64,000 nucleotides of DNA, taken from positions 255,335 to 319,334 of IMG/VR virus record IMGVR_UViG_3300024239_000013; one strand, 5' to 3'. This document shows positions 57,525 to 64,000 of this stretch, piece by piece (the stretch's first letter is position 1; every line of letters starts with the position of its first letter). Below the pieces are notes generated by a model. That model saw only the letters and a program-made list of their open reading frames with translations, ran no database searches and was not told the DNA's origin. The position numbers and the translations under genes were made by a program.

Positions 57525-60014
57525 TTATCTATTTCTTGCAAATTTAGGAATATTTAATAAAGGCTTAGCATTATCTATAATGTGAGCCAAATGTGCATCT
57601 CTAATTATATTTTGATTTAATACTGTTGATTGATTATCTATATCTATCATATTTTTAAATAATCTAACATTTCCTACGTATATAGGACCAGTAAATATCT
57701 TATAAGAGTTATTGTCTGTTCCGTAATAAGGACTTGAGTTATCGTTATCTATATCAGGATTAGCTTTAAAAATCATTGGAGAATTCATCATTCTTACATC
57801 TTCATGAAGCTTTTCTAATTTACTAGATTGATCTGACGAATTTACAGGATCATAAGTCATTCCCCATATATTAGCAGCAATCTGTTTATAAACATTGGAT
57901 ACATTTACAACAACTCCGTACCAGCTACCATATTCGGGTACAAATTGTAACGGCGAATTTACTATCTTATTATTAATTCTTACTACTAAACTTCCCTGTT
58001 CTAAAAAGTTGTTAGCAGTATCATCAATTACACCAGAGTGTATTAAATCCACTCTAATTCCCTTTATTGAGCTATTTTCGTCTAAGTGTAATCCACTTAT
58101 TAAATTTCTACTTTGTGCTTTTTGCATTTTCCAAACAATAGTTCCTTGGGAAAATGTTTCTGAATTATTCTTAATTTTAAATCTATATTCGTCTGAAACT
58201 TCAAGAACCTCATATCCTCCCGAATGTAGTTTATCACCTTTTATAGCAACATATCCCTCAGGATTACTATCATACGATTCCCATTTTTTTAAATTGTGTT
58301 TTTTAGGATAAGTGTTAAAATATAAATAATCAGGATCATATGATTCTAGTGTTAGATTTAGTATAGGATAAGGTCTTCTTAACATTTGTTGATTATCATA
58401 GAAATTTCTGAGGTTAAACCAACATGTATAAGAAATTTCGCCAGTAGGACCGAGTTCTGGAAGAATCTTATATCTTACTGCATTTCTATATCTATAAGGA
58501 TCGTATTTAAATTCTGAATCGTCTGCAAAAGCACCGGAAAGATCATAATAATTATTAAGTACTATTGTCCAGTTATTATTAAGATCGTATTCAATTATAG
58601 GGAGATCTTTATAAACATAAGATCTAGTTGGATCCTGTGACATTTGATTTATGGTAGTAGCATACTGCTGTGGTTTTGCTATTTTTGTCCCTTCTTCTCT
58701 GATTTCGTCACCAAATAGTTTCTCAGTAGTTAGAGTTATACCATCCAATTCCTCCTTATATGCAGGATCTTGAAAATATGTATTGCTTTTAGGACTGTAT
58801 TTTTTAAGTTCAATCTTAAAATATACGGGAGCATTCATAAAATCTCTAAACAAGTAAGTTGAATTTATCTCATAAATTCTATTAGTTAGTGGAAAATATA
58901 TGATGTCTCTTTTTCTAGGTTGTGAACCCCTTCCGAATATACTTTCGAAATATTTTTTATCTATTTGTATTTCAAAAGGCTCGTCGAACTGTAATCCGAA
59001 AGGATCAAAATTTATCTTATTATCAGGAAATTGATTTTGTGGAACTAGAACTTTCACACATTTCTCATCAACTACATTAAAGATGGTATATTCTTTTAAT
59101 ATTACATCCTTTCCTCTTGCCTGTGGTTGAACTGAATAATAATTTGCCTCTAATCCAAATAAATTATTAACCATTAAGCTAAGGTCCTGGTACATATTTA
59201 GCGCTTTGTTTACAGCATAAGGATTGAATGTAAATTTACAATCTGAAAATATTACAGGTCTATTTGAAATTTCATTAGAACATATAGCAGCAGGTTTAAA
59301 AATGACAGTTTCAACATCAGCAGCATATTCTAAATCAAGATCAAAATTAACTATTACGATGCTAGGATCTATTGGTTCTTCTGTATTATAAACTATTGTC
59401 CCATCAGGATTCACTAAAACTGAGGTAAATCTAAATTCCGGATAGAATTTATTAGCTGGGTCTAAATTTATATCAAAAAGGTCAGAAAACTCGTTGGTTA
59501 TTCCACCTAGAGCGGTTCCCACATTCGTCCAAAGAGACCACGTTTTCCCGTCTATACTATATCTAAAATCTATAGAAATATCATTAGAATCTAGTCTAGA
59601 ACCGGAATTATTACTATTCGACGCATCTATTATCCATCCATTAAACTTACTAACATTTACGAAAGGCTTATCCCAACTTAATATTCTATAATTACCTATG
59701 TACGTGAAATTAAGAGCACTATCGAGTTGCTCCATCCTGGTTTCATAATAATCAGGGGAAGAACAAGGCTTATAATAAGTCTTTCCATCAATTAAAACCT
59801 CATGATATCCACCACAACCTATTTGTTTTGCCCTCGCTTCTGCTGAATCTGGTGTAGAATATAAGTTGTCAACAGATGATTCTTTTATTTTAGTAGTGTT
59901 TTCTAATCCGTCATGATAATTATATCTATTATCTGACAATTCGTACTGTTCCCCGTTACCGTTTTTAATAGGGAATCCTTTTTTTGGAAATTTATCTTCT
60001 GGGTAAAAATTCAT
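57525..60014 (-). CDS. Neck protein (gp14-like core) with extra N- and C-terminal domains
   Basis: FGLQFDEPFEI.I.K.YF...PRKRDIIYFPLTNRIYEI; N-terminal AEARAKQIGCGGYH...YKPC. Confidence 0.65.
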   Translation of the reverse strand: MNFYPEDKFPKKGFPIKNGNGEQYELSDNRYNYHDGLENTTKIKESSVDNLYSTPDSAEARAKQIGCGGYHEVLIDGKTYYKPCSSPDYYETRMEQLDSALNFTYIGNYRILSWDKPFVNVSKFNGWIIDASNSNNSGSRLDSNDISIDFRYSIDGKTWSLWTNVGTALGGITNEFSDLFDINLDPANKFYPEFRFTSVLVNPDGTIVYNTEEPIDPSIVIVNFDLDLEYAADVETVIFKPAAICSNEISNRPVIFSDCKFTFNPYAVNKALNMYQDLSLMVNNLFGLEANYYSVQPQARGKDVILKEYTIFNVVDEKCVKVLVPQNQFPDNKINFDPFGLQFDEPFEIQIDKKYFESIFGRGSQPRKRDIIYFPLTNRIYEINSTYLFRDFMNAPVYFKIELKKYSPKSNTYFQDPAYKEELDGITLTTEKLFGDEIREEGTKIAKPQQYATTINQMSQDPTRSYVYKDLPIIEYDLNNNWTIVLNNYYDLSGAFADDSEFKYDPYRYRNAVRYKILPELGPTGEISYTCWFNLRNFYDNQQMLRRPYPILNLTLESYDPDYLYFNTYPKKHNLKKWESYDSNPEGYVAIKGDKLHSGGYEVLEVSDEYRFKIKNNSETFSQGTIVWKMQKAQSRNLISGLHLDENSSIKGIRVDLIHSGVIDDTANNFLEQGSLVVRINNKIVNSPLQFVPEYGSWYGVVVNVSNVYKQIAANIWGMTYDPVNSSDQSSKLEKLHEDVRMMNSPMIFKANPDIDNDNSSPYYGTDNNSYKIFTGPIYVGNVRLFKNMIDIDNQSTVLNQNIIRDAHLAHIIDNAKPLLNIPKFARNR

Positions 60015-60033
60015 TATAGCTAGATACTTTGGT

Positions 60034-60042
60034 TATATATCC
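60034..60042 (-). promoter_or_regulatory. Late-promoter motif GGATATATA
   Basis: 19 nt upstream of the neck-terS-terL run. Confidence 0.6.
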
Positions 60043-60053
60043 GCTTAAAAAAG

Positions 60054-61256
60054 TTAGAATGAATTTTGAGTGTAATTAGAATTTACCCAATCGATTATGG
60101 AAAGATATACATCTTCAGGTTTTATTGTTTTTGTACATTCAAAAGCTCTTTCGGTTCCTTTATGCAAAGGACACCACCACCAATCACCCCTATCAAATTT
60201 ATATTTGGGGTCAGTAAAGCAACCATGACAAACGTTTTTATTTATAATCCTTAAGCATTTGTCGGAAAATTCTAAAAAAGGATCTGTAAATCCAGATATC
60301 ATAACAGTTGGAATTCCTAGTCCCCAAGATAACCAAGAAAGACCTGAACTTAATCCTATAAAGAAATCACAATTCAAAAGGTCACTTATTCTATCCTCAA
60401 GAGGGAAATCCCCACTCTTATCGACTACTCCTTTTAATTTGGTTTCTCCTTTTTGTATAACCACAACTTCATAACCAGAAAATTTCAGAAGATCTACTAG
60501 TCTTTGCCATCCGCCAGGATAGTGCCAAAATTTTGAACCTGCGGTAGATTCGGTAGCTATACAAACATATTTTTTATCAAAAATTTTATTTTTCTCTCTC
60601 CTATTGATTTTAGGTCTAATTTCTCCAATATAATCAACCCCCAGTATATCACTACATACTTTTTGTAGAGGAATGCTTCTGGGATCGTTTATATGAACGT
60701 TTCTATCATCCTCTTCATACCATCCTATACCGATAACAACTTTCGTTCCTGGTTCTCTGTGGCCTGGAGGTTTAAATTTAATTTCGGGATACATCGAATC
60801 GAAAAGTTCATTATAGAAAGTAGTAACAGTTAGATCCATAACTCCATATTTTTTTCTAAATTCCTCAATATAAGGAACCCATGCTATAGTATCACCTAGA
60901 GATGAACTATCTATAGAGATACAAACCTTGCCGGTTTTTAGGTAATCGTAAAGATGAAATTCAGAGATTAATATTTTATCAGAATTATAGACTTCTATTA
61001 TGCAATTATAGATTCCCCTTTTAAATGCACTGGAGAACATATTATGAGATAGCTTAGCACCATATAATTCTTTGTTACCATCTCTTATAATGACGAAAAA
61101 ATAATCATCCGGATTTTCAGATCTTCCTGAAATATAAACTCTGGGATAATAATCAAACCAACAATGAACGTCAGTTTTTAGATTGTCACTTACAAAAATA
61201 TTTTCTGACTTTTCTATATCAGAATAAATTGAAATTGAATTTTTACTTATTTCCAT
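60054..61256 (-). CDS. TibC/Aah-type (autotransporter) protein O-heptosyltransferase
   Basis: SSSLGDTIAW.PY.EEF, KYVCIA, K.W..P.GW..LV, FIGLSSGLSWL, MISGFT, VCHGCF...FDRGDWWWCP.HKGT...FECTKTI. Confidence 0.82.
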   Translation of the reverse strand: MEISKNSISIYSDIEKSENIFVSDNLKTDVHCWFDYYPRVYISGRSENPDDYFFVIIRDGNKELYGAKLSHNMFSSAFKRGIYNCIIEVYNSDKILISEFHLYDYLKTGKVCISIDSSSLGDTIAWVPYIEEFRKKYGVMDLTVTTFYNELFDSMYPEIKFKPPGHREPGTKVVIGIGWYEEDDRNVHINDPRSIPLQKVCSDILGVDYIGEIRPKINRREKNKIFDKKYVCIATESTAGSKFWHYPGGWQRLVDLLKFSGYEVVVIQKGETKLKGVVDKSGDFPLEDRISDLLNCDFFIGLSSGLSWLSWGLGIPTVMISGFTDPFLEFSDKCLRIINKNVCHGCFTDPKYKFDRGDWWWCPLHKGTERAFECTKTIKPEDVYLSIIDWVNSNYTQNSF

Positions 61257-62215
61257 TACACGTTTAATAATTTTAAAATTAAAGAAACGTTAAATGCTTT
61301 ATCCGAACTTAAATAGTGAACATTTTTCATATTGTCATACATATCCAAATAAGTCGGTAGTTTCTTTATAACAGTAGGCAAATTCCAAGAAAGAGATTCC
61401 TTTATTGAAAGAGGATTTAATTCAAAATTTGATGTAAATAAAAATAAATCTGATGCTTGATAGAACAAATCGACATCGGATCTTTCTCCCCATATATGAC
61501 AATTAGAAGGCACATCAGAGACCAAAGGTTCCCAATAATCTCTAAAATTATCTGCAAGATTACCAACAAAATGGAATATGATCTGGGTCTCTAAATTCAT
61601 ATTTAAAATTTCTCTAGCATACTCAAAAATCTCAGATTGATTTTTTCCAGGTGTAAAAAGACCAACGTTTACGATATGTTTATATTTTGGATTAAAACCT
61701 AAAAATTCCATACATTTTGATTTTTCAGCCTTTAATTCCTCTATCGGATATTCGAGAATAATTGAAGGTATTCCTAGCACTTTGAATTTTTCATCGTTCC
61801 ACTTAGAAACCATTACAAAAAGATCAGGTTTGTAAATTTTACTAGAAACCTCAGTTACCGAACTATGACAACTTTCTACTATTTTATATTTTCTATCTTT
61901 AGAAAATATTTTTAGAAGAATCTCATCAGGAACAAAGCTTTCACAAAACTCTTCAAAATGAATTACGTCTGGGTTTATTTTTTCTATAGTCTCATAAAGT
62001 AAAGCCCCGTCACTAAAAATGGGGATAAATCTATCCCCTAATAATTCTTTTATTCTGTTCCTTTGTACTACATATGCATCTCCAAGATAATCATATTCCA
62101 CACAATATACTTCTCCGACATCATTAAAGACTTCTATTTTTTTCCAAAGATATTGTGGTAATCCACCAGTAGAAAGATGTGGGGATATGTATAATATTTT
62201 TAATTTATCCTGCAT
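61256..62215 (-). CDS. GT4-family glycosyltransferase
   Basis: SPHLSTGGLPQY, NVGLFTPGKNQ, WGERSDVD.FYQASDLF, ELNPLSIKE. Confidence 0.85.
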   Translation of the reverse strand: MQDKLKILYISPHLSTGGLPQYLWKKIEVFNDVGEVYCVEYDYLGDAYVVQRNRIKELLGDRFIPIFSDGALLYETIEKINPDVIHFEEFCESFVPDEILLKIFSKDRKYKIVESCHSSVTEVSSKIYKPDLFVMVSKWNDEKFKVLGIPSIILEYPIEELKAEKSKCMEFLGFNPKYKHIVNVGLFTPGKNQSEIFEYAREILNMNLETQIIFHFVGNLADNFRDYWEPLVSDVPSNCHIWGERSDVDLFYQASDLFLFTSNFELNPLSIKESLSWNLPTVIKKLPTYLDMYDNMKNVHYLSSDKAFNVSLILKLLNV

Positions 62216-62232
62216 ATTTAGATTTAAAGAAA

Positions 62233-62505
62233 TTATCCCTTTGTATATACGCCAGTAGCAAAATCTAATTTACCCTCACCATATTGATTTACTACCTTTA
62301 CTTGTAAATCCTCCTCCATTTTAGAAATAGCCTCTGCTTTTGAATAAAGTGATTCTAATTCAGCATTAATCATTTCCAGATCCTTTTCATAAAATCTTTT
62401 TTGTACATTTAATCTACCTATCGCAATGACATTTTCGGTTAATTCGTTTTTTACGTCTTGAATTTCGGATAACAATTCATTAGGCAATTGAATACTTTCG
62501 CTCAT
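62233..62505 (-). CDS. Small coiled-coil protein
   Basis: 90 aa ending YGEGKLDFATGVY. Confidence 0.6.
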   Translation of the reverse strand: MSESIQLPNELLSEIQDVKNELTENVIAIGRLNVQKRFYEKDLEMINAELESLYSKAEAISKMEEDLQVKVVNQYGEGKLDFATGVYTKG

Positions 62506-62522
62506 ATTTTTAATTTTTTATA

Positions 62523-62550
62523 TTCTATAACATGAAAATGAAATAGTTTC
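62523..62550 (-). promoter_or_regulatory. ECF-type promoter GAAAC-N17-ATAGAA
   Basis: Heads the 90-aa, GT4, heptosyltransferase run. Confidence 0.6.
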
Positions 62551-62566
62551 GTGTTATAGAATAATA

Positions 62567-62986
62567 TTATTCAATTAATATCTTTGAGAAAAATATAGGG
62601 TAATATCCTTCAATTTTCACATCTTGAAAATCTTCAATTTTCACCTCACTAAATTCTATTTCTTTTTCTTCTAATAGAATAGGATTTAATTCTTCTAGAT
62701 ATTTTAAAATATTGGGGTTTTGTTTTTTTTCTGAGGTTTCTGAATCGTCTAAATAGTTAGGAATTAAATAATTTCCATCCCTTTCTTCTCCATATTTTTT
62801 GATCAATTCATCATTAATCTTCTGATAGGTCTCAACTTCTTTCGCTAATTCATTATTTAATTTACTCAATCTAAATTTAGTCAACATTGTCATGGACAAG
62901 GATAGTATTCCCTGGAGTTTAGCATTACCATTAAGTTCTTGTGATAGTTCTAAGATCTCGGCTAATTTAAAAATTTTTTTTACCAT
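62567..62986 (-). CDS. Small helical protein (possibly DUF1617-like); start reassigned to ATG 62986
   Basis: KFRLSKL..EL..E...Y......LIKKYGE. Confidence 0.5.
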   Translation of the reverse strand: MVKKIFKLAEILELSQELNGNAKLQGILSLSMTMLTKFRLSKLNNELAKEVETYQKINDELIKKYGEERDGNYLIPNYLDDSETSEKKQNPNILKYLEELNPILLEEKEIEFSEVKIEDFQDVKIEGYYPIFFSKILIE

Positions 62987-63062
62987 ATATTTTTTATTTA
63001 TTATATACAAGATTATATATTTTATTTCGGGATAAAATATATAATCTTATTTTTTAAGTACA

Positions 63063-63392
63063 TTAATTATTATTTATAAAAGGATTATATTCTACAATTA
63101 TTGGTGGATTTTTAATCTTTTCAATTTCAGTTGCTATTGATGTTTGAAATGAATCTACATCTAATTTCTTTTCTAACCAAGATACTACAGTTGCTTCTGT
63201 TAATTCATCATAAGGAATATATGCTGTGGTATTTGGAGCATCCATTGCTTGAGCACCAAATAGTTCATAAGATGTACCTGATGTTTCCTCAGTTCCCTTA
63301 TATCTCCAATGTACGGTTTTAACCACTTTATTTAAACCATTTTCTTCTGTAGCACATTCTAATGCTGCTATTGTCCATGTGTAATTTGTCAT
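63063..63392 (-). CDS. Probable tail-fibre-associated protein
   Basis: YTWTIAALEC...GL.KVV..VHWRY; follows the repeat protein. Confidence 0.5.
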   Translation of the reverse strand: MTNYTWTIAALECATEENGLNKVVKTVHWRYKGTEETSGTSYELFGAQAMDAPNTTAYIPYDELTEATVVSWLEKKLDVDSFQTSIATEIEKIKNPPIIVEYNPFINNN

Positions 63393-63405
63393 ATTTTTAA
63401 TTATT

Positions 63406-64000
63406 TTAAAATTTATTATAATATTTGTTGTAATTAGATGTTGGTAAATTAGAAAGATTTGAAGGTATTAGTGTATCTGTCCCAATAACATTAGGATTGT
63501 CTACTCTTGATAATTCAAGTATTTGTGAGGAAAAATATTGAGCAAAATAAATCTTTCCATTAGGGGCTAATACTCCTCCATTCCATTTAAAACTTGAAGT
63601 ATATTCTGTACCAACTAGCTGAGTTGTGTTTGTTGTTGGATTTAATTCAAGTATTTGTGTGGCATTATATGGAGCAAAATAAATCTTTCCATTAGGAGCT
63701 AATACTCCTCCGCGCCATTTAGAACCTCCAGTATATGTTGTACCAACTAACTGTGTTGTATTTGTTGTTGGATTTAATTCAAGTATTTGTGAGGAAAAAT
63801 ATGGAGTAAAATAAATCTTTCCATTAGGGGCTAATACTCCTCCCTCCCATTTAAAAAGTGTAATATCTTCTGTACCAACTAGCTGAGTTGTGTTTGTTGT
63901 TGGATTTAATTCAAGTATTTGTGTGGCATTATATGGAGCAAAATAAATCTTTCCATTAGGAGCTAATACTCCTCCGCGCCATTTAGAACCTCCAGTATAT
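63406..64000 (-). CDS. Partial ORF (enters from the window edge): beta-propeller-like repeat protein, probably tail/adsorption related
   Basis: Hand translation gives four 44-aa units KWxGGVLAPNGKIYFxPY..xQILELNPTTNTTQLVG, ending YNKF-stop at 63406. Confidence 0.75.
   Translation of the reverse strand, partial: YTGGSKWRGGVLAPNGKIYFAPYNATQILELNPTTNTTQLVGTEDITLFKWEGGVLAPNGKIYFTPYFSSQILELNPTTNTTQLVGTTYTGGSKWRGGVLAPNGKIYFAPYNATQILELNPTTNTTQLVGTEYTSSFKWNGGVLAPNGKIYFAQYFSSQILELSRVDNPNVIGTDTLIPSNLSNLPTSNYNKYYNKF
63505..64000 (-). repeat. 132-bp tandem repeats arranged as a near-identical 264-bp doublet
   Basis: 63961-64000 is identical to 63697-63736; units alternate A-B-A-B. Confidence 0.9.

Noticed and set aside
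41-63322. Numerous short + strand ORFs in the track (e.g. 1452, 9516, 16134, 30214, 39962, 47987, 55191)
   Set aside because: They are antisense shadows of long - strand genes, with Ser/Phe/Leu-rich composition and no recognisable motifs
63505-64000. Diversity-generating retroelement TR/VR pair
   Set aside because: Differences between copies include non-adenine changes (e.g. GAT/TAT), both copies are in one reading frame, and no reverse transcriptase is in the window
1-64000. Alternative genetic code (stop reassignment as in some huge phages)
   Set aside because: Conserved genes translate full-length in the standard code with high coding density
1-64000. Eukaryotic giant virus or bacterial chromosome origin
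   Set aside because: T4-type capsid, portal, sheath, terminase and gp55 with intrinsic terminators indicate a tailed phage; no housekeeping operons or integrase seen
1-64000. tRNA, rRNA or structured ncRNA genes
   Set aside because: Intergenic gaps are short and AT-rich; none showed cloverleaf-like features by eye (tRNAscan/Infernal not run)

Overview
AT-rich 64-kb segment of a T4-like jumbo (huge) myophage, standard genetic code, with almost every gene on the - strand. Virion genes: major capsid protein, prohead protease fused to a repeat scaffold, two tandem portals, gp2, gp4, large terminase, neck, a very long tail sheath, two tail tubes, gp26/gp51-like chaperones, baseplate genes and the start of a tail-fibre region. 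Replication/nucleotide genes: ligase, clamp loader, RNase H, kinases, dCMP deaminase, nucleases. It also has two sigma factors (gp55-like and ECF-like) and a free-standing homing endonuclease. Most notable observations: (1) a candidate protein-heptosylation system (TibC/Aah-type heptosyltransferase, GT4 and HldE-type kinase); (2) a hidden -1 frame extension after A-AAA-AAC at the end of a 795-aa head protein; (3) a probable frameshift between the tail-chaperone genes; (4) about nine proteins with T4-type capsid-targeting leaders, including a nucleotidyltransferase; (5) three promoter classes suggesting a host-sigma to ECF-sigma to gp55 cascade; (6) twin portals sharing a C-terminal EETPEVTL tag. 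All family calls come from motif recognition by eye; no database searches were run.
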